A stretch of DNA of 64,000 nt from an uncultured Acidobacteriaceae bacterium (GTDB taxonomy: Bacteria; Acidobacteriota; Terriglobia; Terriglobales; Acidobacteriaceae): NCBI GenBank assembly GCA_963835345.1, contig CAWIFG010000001.1, positions 312,768-376,767 on the forward strand, in the 5' to 3' direction. Made by a program: the position numbers and the translations under genes. Below the pieces are notes generated by a model. That model had not been told where the DNA came from and did no database searches. It saw only the letters and a list, made by a program, of their open reading frames with translations. Of this stretch, positions 28,998 to 37,827 are shown in pieces (position 1 is the first letter of the stretch; each line of letters starts with the position of its first letter).

Positions 28998-30368
28998 TGG
29001 CTATTGAAGCTCCTGAAAAGCCCACCACTGCTCAAGATCCAGACGCGCCGCGTTCCCCGTTTGCCGGCCGCGTGAATACGCAGATCACCGGCGCGACGCT
29101 GACCGGCATGCGCAATGCGGAGGACATGATCATCCCGGGTGTGGAGGATGTGGTCGCCGAGTCGGTGACGCACCATAAGCCCGAGGGCTCGGATCCGATC
29201 TCCGACCAGACGATGATCCTCAACATGGGCCCGCAGCATCCGTCGACTCACGGCGTGCTGCGCCTGGTGATTGAGGTGGACGGCGAGACGGTCATCTCGC
29301 TGGCGCCGGACATCGGCTATCTGCACACGGGCATCGAGAAGACGTGCGAGGCGAAGTTCTATCAGCAGGTGGTGCCGCTGACCGACCGCATCGACTACCT
29401 CGCGCCGATGATCAATAACACCGCGTATGCGCTGGCTGTAGAAAAGCTGCTGCAATTGGAAATTCCGGACAAGGCGCAGTGGTTGCGCGTGCTCTTCAAC
29501 GAACTTTCGCGCATCAACTCGCACCTGGTGTGGCTGGGCACGCATGCGATGGACATCGGTGCGCTGACAGTGTTCCTGTATTGCTTCCGGGAGCGCGAGC
29601 ACCTGCTGCGGTTCTTCGAGGCCGTGAGCGGGCAGCGGATGATGACCAGCTACATCCGCATCGGCGGCGTGGCGATGGAACCGCCGATGGATCTGTTTGC
29701 ACGGATCAGGAAGTTCCTTGAGACCTTCCCGGACAAGATAGCCGAGTACGAGGGGCTGCTCGACGGGAACCCGATCTGGCAGGGACGCCTGAAGGGCGTT
29801 GGCATGCTGTCGTATGAGGACGCGATTGCGCTGGGCGTCACCGGCCCACCGGCGACGCGGGTCGGGAGTTGATTTCGATGTGCGGCGCGACATGCCGTAC
29901 TCGAGCTACGAGAAGTTTCAGTTCAATGTGCCGGTCTCGACCGAGGGCGATACCTGGGCGCGCTACAAGCTGCGCATGCAGGAGATGCGCGAGTCGACGA
30001 AGATCTGCCTGCAGGCGCTGGACGGCATGCCCGAGGGACGCTTCGTTGCCGACGCGCCGAAGATCATCCTGCCGGACCGCGAGCAGATGAAGACCCAGAT
30101 GGAGTCGCTGATCCATCACTTCAAGATCGTGACCGAAGGTTTCGCAGTTCCGGCGGGCGAGGTGACGAGCTCGGTCGAAGCGGGCCACGGCATGATGAAC
30201 TACTACGTTGTGTCGGACGGAACGGCGAAGCCGTATCGCGTGCACATGCGCAACGCGGATTTTTCGAACCTGCAGGCTTTGGAAGTGATGTGCAAGGGAA
30301 GGCTGATCGCCGATGTGGTCGCGGTGATCGGGACGCTGGATATTGTGCTGGGGGCGATCGATCGATAG
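28997..30368 (+). CDS. nuoD: NADH-quinone oxidoreductase subunit D (frameshift near 29850, probable error)
   Basis: NMGPQHPSTHGVLRL ... DIVLGAIDR. Confidence 0.93.
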
Positions 30369-30658
30369 CTAGCGCTCCACACCGAACTTTGGACCTCCTG
30401 GGCGTCTCTGCTTCGCAGCTACGCAGCCGCTCACGGACTGAACAGTACGCAGCACGCAGTTGTTGAAGTAAGTGCAGATGAGATCACCCTCCGCGTGGGC
30501 AGCCGCTGGCTCCGGTTCACGCCGAACGAGGTAACAGCCAGCAATCATTCGCCGCTCGCGTTTCATTTGAACGAGGACGGCACAGCAACGGTAGGCAACG
30601 ATCACAACAGGAGATGGACATCGCCGCTGAACAGTTCGCCCGCGAGATACTCCACTGA
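30369..30658 (+). CDS. Small hypothetical protein between nuoD and nuoE (start codon not evident, possible frameshift)
   Basis: Open frame LHTELWTSWASLLRSYAAAHGLNSTQHAVVEVSADEITLRVGSRWLRF...; alternative-frame end EMDIAAEQFAREILH*. Confidence 0.45.
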
Positions 30659-30687
30659 ATCCGCTAGTATCAACTGGATTCAAACTT

Positions 30688-31197
30688 ATGGCCGCTATCG
30701 CCAACTCGATTTTTTCTCCCGAGCTCGCCGCGCGCTTTGACAAGCTGGTGACGCTCTATCCCGTCAAGCGCTCGGCGCTTGTGCCCATGCTGCTGTACGC
30801 GCAGGATGAGGTCGGCTACGTCTCCGACGAGGTTGTCGCGGAGCTCGCGCAGCGGCTCGACCTGCTCGAGCTCGACGTGCGCAACGTGCTGAGCTACTAC
30901 TCGATGCTGCGCACCAAGCCCGCGGGCAAGTACAACGTGCAGGTGTGCACCAACATCTCCTGCATGCTGCGCGGTGGCTACGAATTGCTGGACCACTGCA
31001 AGCACCGGCTCGGGATTGGGCACAAGGGCGTCACGCCGGATGGGCTGTTCTCGCTCGAAGAAGTCGAGTGCATCGGCGCGTGCTGCTGGGCTCCGGCCGC
31101 GCAGGTGAACTACGACTTCCACGAGTTCCTGACGCCCGAGAAGATGGACAAGGTGCTGGACGACTACGCTGCCGGCCGCGGAAAGGACGTGAAGTAA
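30688..31197 (+). CDS. nuoE: NADH-quinone oxidoreductase subunit E
   Basis: VCTNISC ... ECIGAC 2Fe-2S ligands. Confidence 0.95.
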   Translation: MAAIANSIFSPELAARFDKLVTLYPVKRSALVPMLLYAQDEVGYVSDEVVAELAQRLDLLELDVRNVLSYYSMLRTKPAGKYNVQVCTNISCMLRGGYELLDHCKHRLGIGHKGVTPDGLFSLEEVECIGACCWAPAAQVNYDFHEFLTPEKMDKVLDDYAAGRGKDVK

Positions 31198-32535
31198 TGC
31201 CGAATTCCGTCAGCCATCCCGATGAGGTCATCGTTCTCAAGCGGCGCTTCGGCCAGGGCGCGGCCAACATCGACAAGTACCTGGAGCTCGACGGCTACAA
31301 GGCCGTGCAGAAGGCGCTGGAGAACGGCCCGGAGTGGATCATCAACGACGATGAAGGCCAGCGGTCTGCGTGGGCGCGGAGGCGCGGGATTCCCCACAGG
31401 CATGAAGTGGTCGTTTGTTCCGAAACAGTCCGCGAAGCCGAAGTACGTGCTGGTGAACGGCGACGAGTCCGAGCCGGGGACGTGCAAGGACCACGTGATC
31501 TTTCTCGACGACCCGCACGCGGTGATCGAAGGCACAATGATTGCCGGCCTCGCGATCGGCGCGAAGATGGGCTTCATCTATCTGCGCGGCGAGTACCGCT
31601 ACCTGCTGAAGATTATGGAGAAGGCCGTCGCCGATGCGTACGCGAAGGGCTTCCTGGGCAAGAACATCTTCGGCAAGGACGGCGTGGACTTCGACATCGT
31701 GACGCAGACCGGCGCGGGCGCGTATGAGGTTGGTGAAGAGTCGGCGCTGATGGAGTCGCTCGAGGGCAAGCGCGGCGTGCCGCGCATCAAGCCGCCCTTC
31801 CCTGCTGTGGTCGGGCTGTACGGCGGACCGACGGTCATCAACAACGCGGAGACGATTGCCAGCGTTCCGCACATTCTGCTGATGGGCGGCGAGGCGTACG
31901 CGAAGCTCGGCACGGAGCGCAACGGCGGGACGCGGCTGTTCGGCATTTCAGCGGGCACGTGAGCGAGCCGGGCGTGTACGAGCTGCCGATGGGCTACTCG
32001 CTGCGCAAGGCGATCTACGAGGTTGCGGGCGGCATCAAGGACGGCAAGCAGCTGAAGGCCGTTGTGCCCGGGCGGGTCGTCGTGCCCGGTCCTCAAGGCA
32101 GATGAGATTGATGTCGGGCTCGACTTCGACCAGATGGCGAAGGCCGGAACGATGCTTGGATCGGGCGGCATCGTCGTGCTGGACGAGACGGTATCGATCG
32201 TCGAGTTCGCGATGCGGGTGATCAAGTTCTATCAGCACGAGAGCTGCGGATGGTGCATTCCCTGCCGCGAAGGCACCGACTGGCTGAAGAAGACGCTGGT
32301 GCGCTTCCACGCGGGCGGCGGCAACAGGAAGGACATCGACAACATTCAGTACCTGGCCGAGAACATGATGGGCCGCACCTTCTGCCCGCTGGGCGATGCG
32401 GCCGCGATGCCGACGCTCGGCTTTGTGAAGAAATTCCGCTCCGAGTTTGAGGAGTATCTCGAAGGCAAGCGCACGGAGCCGCTGCTTATTCAGATTCAGC
32501 CGGTCGGCGAACCCGAGCTTGCAGGAGCACATTGA
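31197..32535 (+). CDS. nuoF: NADH-quinone oxidoreductase subunit F (three frameshifts, probable errors)
   Basis: GRGGAGFPTG, DESEPG, HESCGWCIPCREG. Confidence 0.93.
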
Positions 32536-32566
32536 TCGCGTGAAACCGTACAGGACGGAGAGGACG

Positions 32567-33259
32567 ATGACGATGCGCTGGTCTCAAACAATGCGATACG
32601 CAAGTCTCGCAGCCGCGTTGTGTCTGCCCGTCGCTGCTCGTGCGCAATTCACCTCGCAGGCGCCTACGGGCGTTCTGAAAAATCTCTCGCTGCTCAAGCC
32701 GCCAAGCAACAGCAAAGTCGCGATCGTTGTTTTTGAGGACCTTGGCTGCCCGCACTGTGCCGCGGCTCATCCGATCGAACTGCATGCGGCAGCAGAGACG
32801 CACGTTCCCATCGAGCGTTACGATCTCCCGATCCCGAGCCATGTCTGGACCTTCGAAGGCGCTGTCTGCGCGCGTTATATCCAGGACCGGATCAATCCTC
32901 AGCTCGCAAACCAGTTCCGAACCGATCTCTTCGCTGCGCAGATGTCGATTTCGAGCAAGGAAGACGTGCTGCAATTTACTCGGAACTGGCTGCAGCGCCA
33001 TGGGAAGCAGATGCCGTTCGTCGTCGATCCCGATGGTTCGCTCGCAAAGCAGGTTAACGCGGATGTCGATCTCGGACGCCGGTTGAACGTCAACTGGACT
33101 CCGACAATTGTTGTGGTCACGGACCATAAACAGCAGGTGATTTGCGGTGCGGATGCGCGGAGCGGCGATGCGAACGAAATCGCTCCGGTGGTTGAAGCAG
33201 CCCTCGCTCAGGTTCAGTCGCAGCCTCACGCAACCAGGCACACAGAGGCTGCCCATTAA
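32567..33259 (+). CDS. Exported DsbA-like thioredoxin-fold protein
   Basis: Signal peptide, FEDLGCPHC, WTPT cis-Pro loop. Confidence 0.85.
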   Translation: MTMRWSQTMRYASLAAALCLPVAARAQFTSQAPTGVLKNLSLLKPPSNSKVAIVVFEDLGCPHCAAAHPIELHAAAETHVPIERYDLPIPSHVWTFEGAVCARYIQDRINPQLANQFRTDLFAAQMSISSKEDVLQFTRNWLQRHGKQMPFVVDPDGSLAKQVNADVDLGRRLNVNWTPTIVVVTDHKQQVICGADARSGDANEIAPVVEAALAQVQSQPHATRHTEAAH

Positions 33260-33268
33260 AGGAAAGTC

Positions 33269-35656
33269 ATGGCAGATGTAACGTTCACAGTAGACGGCAA
33301 AAAGCTCACCGCACCCGCGGGCACGCTGCTCATCGACGCGTGCAAGTCCGCGGGGATCGAGGTTCCGGCCTTCTGTTATTACCCCGGGCTTTCCCTGCAG
33401 GCGGCGTGCCGCATGTGCGTCGTGCGCATTGAGAAAGTGCCGAAGCTGCAGACGGCGTGCACAACGCCCGTCACTGAGGGCATGGCCGTCACGACCGAGT
33501 CGCCCGAGATCGCGCAGGCTCGCAAATCTACGCTCCAGATGCTCCTCGGTAACCATCCGCTGGACTGCCCCGTATGCGATGCCGGGGGCGAGTGCGAACT
33601 GCAGGACATGACTTTCAAGTACGGCGCGGCGGACAGCTTTTACACCGAGCCGAAGAACCATCGCGACGAGCAGCAGTGGTCGCCGGTGGTGTTCTTCGAT
33701 CGCCCGCGCTGCATTCTGTGCTATCGCTGCGTGCGCATGTGCGGCGAGGGCATGGACGTGTTCGCGCTCGGCATTCAGAACCGCGGCAGCTCGTCGGTGA
33801 TCGCGCCGAATGTTCCGGCGGACCTTTCCCCAGACAATCACGCTCGCCTTGACTGCGAGCAGTGCGGCATGTGCATCGACGCCTGCCCGGTGGGCGCACT
33901 GACCTCCGGCACCTATCGATACAAGACGCGGCCGTGGGAGATGAACCACGTTGCAACCATCTGCACGCACTGCGGCGACGGCTGCAAGACCACGCTCGGC
34001 GTGCGCGCGGTGAGTGAAGGCGCAGAGATCATCCGCGGGGACAACCGCGACAAGAGCGGCATGAACGGCGACTTCCTTTGCAACAAGGGTCGCTATGCGT
34101 TCGATTTCGCGAACAGCAATGAGCGCCTGACACAGCCGCTGGTCCGCAAGGATGGCACGCTGACGCCGGTGTCCTGGGAAGAGGCGCTGACGTTTGCGGG
34201 CAGCAAGCTGCGCGAACTGCGTGACACGCGCGGCCCGCAATCGCTGGGCGTGATAGGGTCGAACCGCACGACCAACGAAGAAAATTATCTGCTGCAGAAG
34301 TTCGCGCGCACGGTGCTTGGCACCAACAACATCGACCACCATCGCACAGCGGACTTTGTGACGCTCGCGGCCGCTCTTCAGGGAACTACTGGCCGTTTTG
34401 CTTCGCAGCGGGATGTAGCGAACGCACCGGCGATTCTGCTCGTCGGCGGCGACCCGACGAACCAGGCTCCGCTGACCGCGTGGAATATTCGCACCAACGT
34501 GCGGCTGAATAAGGCTCGCGTGTACATCGCCAATACCGACGAGATCAAGCTGCGCCGGCAGGCACAGTCGTTCATTCAGGTGGCGCCCTTTGCATATGGA
34601 AGCTTGGTCAGTTATCTCGCCGGAGACGACGGCTCTGCAAGTGCAGCGTCCGTCATTGCGCAGGCGGACGAGCTCTCCGGCTTCCGCTCTGCCGTGCTCG
34701 GTGAGGAGAAGCTTGTCGTGCTCGTGGGCAACGAGCTCCGCGATGGTGAGCTTGCGCGGCTTGTAAACGCGCTGCCCAACGCAAAATTCGCCTGCCTTGC
34801 GGACTACGCGAACTCGCGTGGCGCATCGGATATGGGCCTGCTGCCCGATGTACTTCCTGGCTATCAACCTCTGTCGGGATCGGCTCCGGGATCTGAGTAT
34901 GGCTCGCCTGCTGAGGCCGGTCTCGACATGCTGGCAATGTTCGATGCAGCGAACGCCGGCAATCTGGCGGCGCTGTACGTGGTGGGATCGAATCCCGTCG
35001 CGCGCTATGGCGTTACGGCAGAGGCCCTCCAGAACACATTCCTCATCGTGCAGGATCTTTTCCTGACCGAGACCGCCGCAATCGCCGACGTCGTGCTGCC
35101 GGCGGCGATGCTGTACGAAAAGTCAGGCACCGTCACCAACAGCTACGGAGATATCCAGCTTGTAAACAAGGCCGCCGATAAGGCCGGCACACGGCCGGAC
35201 TTCGAGCTCATCGTTCGCCTCGCGGACAAGATGGGGCATCCCGTCAAGACGCTCGTGCCGTTCGGGAAGCGCGGGCTGCGCGCGGACGTCGGGCAATCGC
35301 GCGGCGCACAGTCCGGCGAGGCCGACCGTCACGCCGTCTGGCTCACGGCGCAGAACCTCGAGCCGAAGCTCTCGCCCTTCGATCCATTCGCAATTCTCGA
35401 TGAGATCCAACGGCTTGTGCCCGGTTACGACAAGCTGCTGCGCCTGCAACTGCTCAGCGGGAACGATCAACATCTCGCGCCGGCAGGGTCCGGGCTGATC
35501 CAGATCTCGAACGCGACCTCACGCAAGGACCTGGTCCTTCCGTCGTCTGACACGCTGTTCACCTCGGGCTCGCTGACGAAGTACAGCCCCATGCTCCTCG
35601 ACATCCAGAAGCACCAGCAGCGCGAGGTCGCCGATCACTTCGCCGAAGCCGACTGA
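33269..35656 (+). CDS. nuoG: NADH-quinone oxidoreductase subunit G
   Basis: CRMCVV, HPLDCPVCDAGGEC, CILCYRC, CTHCGDGC. Confidence 0.95.
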   Translation: MADVTFTVDGKKLTAPAGTLLIDACKSAGIEVPAFCYYPGLSLQAACRMCVVRIEKVPKLQTACTTPVTEGMAVTTESPEIAQARKSTLQMLLGNHPLDCPVCDAGGECELQDMTFKYGAADSFYTEPKNHRDEQQWSPVVFFDRPRCILCYRCVRMCGEGMDVFALGIQNRGSSSVIAPNVPADLSPDNHARLDCEQCGMCIDACPVGALTSGTYRYKTRPWEMNHVATICTHCGDGCKTTLGVRAVSEGAEIIRGDNRDKSGMNGDFLCNKGRYAFDFANSNERLTQPLVRKDGTLTPVSWEEALTFAGSKLRELRDTRGPQSLGVIGSNRTTNEENYLLQKFARTVLGTNNIDHHRTADFVTLAAALQGTTGRFASQRDVANAPAILLVGGDPTNQAPLTAWNIRTNVRLNKARVYIANTDEIKLRRQAQSFIQVAPFAYGSLVSYLAGDDGSASAASVIAQADELSGFRSAVLGEEKLVVLVGNELRDGELARLVNALPNAKFACLADYANSRGASDMGLLPDVLPGYQPLSGSAPGSEYGSPAEAGLDMLAMFDAANAGNLAALYVVGSNPVARYGVTAEALQNTFLIVQDLFLTETAAIADVVLPAAMLYEKSGTVTNSYGDIQLVNKAADKAGTRPDFELIVRLADKMGHPVKTLVPFGKRGLRADVGQSRGAQSGEADRHAVWLTAQNLEPKLSPFDPFAILDEIQRLVPGYDKLLRLQLLSGNDQHLAPAGSGLIQISNATSRKDLVLPSSDTLFTSGSLTKYSPMLLDIQKHQQREVADHFAEAD

Positions 35657-35661
35657 CCGAC

Positions 35662-36723
35662 ATGACCCATTTTCAAATTTTTCTGCTGATCAGCATCATC
35701 AAGATCGTCGTCGTGCTGGGCATCACGCTCACCGCGGTGGCGTACACCGTGCTGCTGGAACGCAAGGTTCTCGGCCGCCTGCAGAACCGCTGGGGACCGT
35801 CACGCGTAGGTCCTTTCGGCATGCTGCAGCCGCTGGCGGATGGTATCAAGCTTTTCCTCAAGGAAGACATGATGCCCCTCGCCGTCGAGCGCCCGCTGTT
35901 TATCCTGGCGCCGCTCATCGCGCTCTCGTGCGCACTCGTTTCGATTTCGATGGTGCCCTTCGCGAAGGTAACGCCGTTCACCTGGCACGGCGTCACGGTC
36001 GATCTCGGCCAGATCTCGAACGTCAATATCGGCCTCTTGGTGATTCTTGGTATCACATCGATCGGCGTGTACGGCGTGGCGCTATCAGGCTGGAGCTCCA
36101 ACAACAAGTACTCGCTGTTCGGCTCGCTGCGTGCTTCGGCGCAACTGGTCAGCTACGAGCTTGCGCTTGGGCTGTCGCTGGTCGGCGTCGTTATGCGGTC
36201 TGGCTCGCTCTCATTGCGTCATATTGTGGATGTACAGTCGCCGCATGGGCTGCTGTCCTGGAACTTTTTCGGCGGATTCCAGTTCGTCGCGTTCTTCATC
36301 TACATCATGGCCGCGTACGCAGAGACGAACCGCACGCCATTCGATCTGCCCGAGGCCGAGAGCGAGCTCGTCGCCGGTTACCACACCGAATATTCGTCCA
36401 TGAAATTCGCGATGTTCTTCATGGCCGAGTACGCGAACATGATCACCGTTGCCTGCGTCGCTACACTGCTCTTCTTCGGCGGCGCCACGTCGCCCTTCGG
36501 CCACATCTTCGACAACATTTTGAACGGCCCGGTGATCAGCACGCTTGTTTCGATCTTCTGGTTTGTCATCAAAATTTTCGCATTTCTCCTGCTCTATATC
36601 TGGGTGCGTGGAACGCTTCCGCGCTTCCGTTATGACCAGCTCATGAACTTTGGCTGGAAGTTTCTTATGCCCGTTGCCATCCTGAATATCCTGGCGACGG
36701 CCCTGGCACTCGCGTATCGCTAG
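35662..36723 (+). CDS. nuoH: NADH-quinone oxidoreductase subunit H
   Basis: AETNRTPFDLPEAESELVAGYHTEYS, PRFRYDQL. Confidence 0.96.
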   Translation: MTHFQIFLLISIIKIVVVLGITLTAVAYTVLLERKVLGRLQNRWGPSRVGPFGMLQPLADGIKLFLKEDMMPLAVERPLFILAPLIALSCALVSISMVPFAKVTPFTWHGVTVDLGQISNVNIGLLVILGITSIGVYGVALSGWSSNNKYSLFGSLRASAQLVSYELALGLSLVGVVMRSGSLSLRHIVDVQSPHGLLSWNFFGGFQFVAFFIYIMAAYAETNRTPFDLPEAESELVAGYHTEYSSMKFAMFFMAEYANMITVACVATLLFFGGATSPFGHIFDNILNGPVISTLVSIFWFVIKIFAFLLLYIWVRGTLPRFRYDQLMNFGWKFLMPVAILNILATALALAYR

Positions 36724-36829
36724 CTAAAAACAGCTTGCGCGCCATCGAATCGGCCCGCATCTGTTCAGGCTGCGCGTTTTACAATCGAAAGTACACGCGT
36801 ACGTAGGAAAGAGCTCAAAGACAGCAACG

Positions 36830-37345
36830 ATGGAACTTGCCCTGTTCATCATCTTCGGTCTGCTGGCAGTCGCAGGAGCGCTCAATCTCCTGCTGCAGCA
36901 TCACCCGATCAACTCAGCGCTTTCGCTCATCGTCGTGATGATGTCGCTGGCGGTGCTCTACTGGTCGCTGGGCGCGGAGTTCCTCGCGGCCGCGCAGGTG
37001 ATCGTCTACTCCGGCGCGATCATGGTGCTGTTTGTCTTTGTGATTATGCTGCTGAACGCCGGCGAAGAAGACACCAGCCCCGCTTCCAAGTTTTCACGTG
37101 CTGCAATAATCGCAGGTTTTCCGGGCGCAGCAGCCATCTTCTGTCTGCTCACGTTCGTGTTTCTCTCCGAACGTGATCACCTCGGCGCAGTGCCGATTGG
37201 CGGCTATCTGACTGGTGCAGTGAACAACATTGTGGTTCTGTCGCATACGCTCTTCACTTCACAATTGCTGCCGTTCGAGGTGACCTCCGTCCTGATTCTT
37301 GTCGCGATTCTGGGCGCGGTTGTGCTCGCCAGGAAGGAGCAGTAG
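36830..37345 (+). CDS. nuoJ: NADH-quinone oxidoreductase subunit J
   Basis: QVIVYSGAIMVLFVFVIMLL. Confidence 0.95.
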   Translation: MELALFIIFGLLAVAGALNLLLQHHPINSALSLIVVMMSLAVLYWSLGAEFLAAAQVIVYSGAIMVLFVFVIMLLNAGEEDTSPASKFSRAAIIAGFPGAAAIFCLLTFVFLSERDHLGAVPIGGYLTGAVNNIVVLSHTLFTSQLLPFEVTSVLILVAILGAVVLARKEQ

Positions 37346-37347
37346 CC

Positions 37348-37482
37348 ATGACCATCGCTGTCACCGCGGCTCTGCTTCTCAACGGCACTGGCCATAGCTG
37401 GATCTCCTTTGTTTTGGGCGCAGTCGCCGGTGTTGCCTTTGTGCTCGTTTCCAAGCGCCTCCGCCGCAAGGAGGATCGCTAG
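37348..37482 (+). CDS. 44-aa putative membrane microprotein between nuoJ and nuoK
   Basis: AAGGAG RBS; MTIAVTAALLLNGTGHSWISFVLGAVAGVAFVLVSKRLRRKEDR*; fills the gap exactly. Confidence 0.65.
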   Translation: MTIAVTAALLLNGTGHSWISFVLGAVAGVAFVLVSKRLRRKEDR

Positions 37483-37785
37483 ATGGTGCCTACCGCGTAC
37501 TACCTCATCCTCGCTGCCGTGCTCTTCTCGATTGGCGTCTGCGCCTTTTTGATCAAGCGCAACGTGATCACGATCTTCATGTCGATTGAGCTGATGCTCA
37601 ACGCCGTGAACCTGACCTTCGTCGCGTTTGCGCACATGTGGCACCGCATCGAAGGCCAGATCTTTGTCTTTTTCGTCATGGTCGTCGCTGCCGCAGAGGC
37701 CGCAGTCGGCCTGGCGATCATCATCGCGCTCTTCCGCGCCCGTCAGACCTTGAATGTCGATCAGGTCAACCTAATGAAGGACTAA
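37483..37785 (+). CDS. nuoK: NADH-quinone oxidoreductase subunit K
   Basis: [19 protein letters not shown]. Confidence 0.96.
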   Translation: MVPTAYYLILAAVLFSIGVCAFLIKRNVITIFMSIELMLNAVNLTFVAFAHMWHRIEGQIFVFFVMVVAAAEAAVGLAIIIALFRARQTLNVDQVNLMKD

Positions 37786-37827
37786 CGAGCACGCAGTTAT
37801 GAAAGCTAACGAGCCCGCATAAACCGC

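Noticed and set aside
32486-34867. 793-aa antisense ORF, and similar long shadows such as 9858-11444 and 7666-8919
   Set aside because: They lie opposite well-supported genes, are expected in high-GC coding DNA and show no recognisable motifs.
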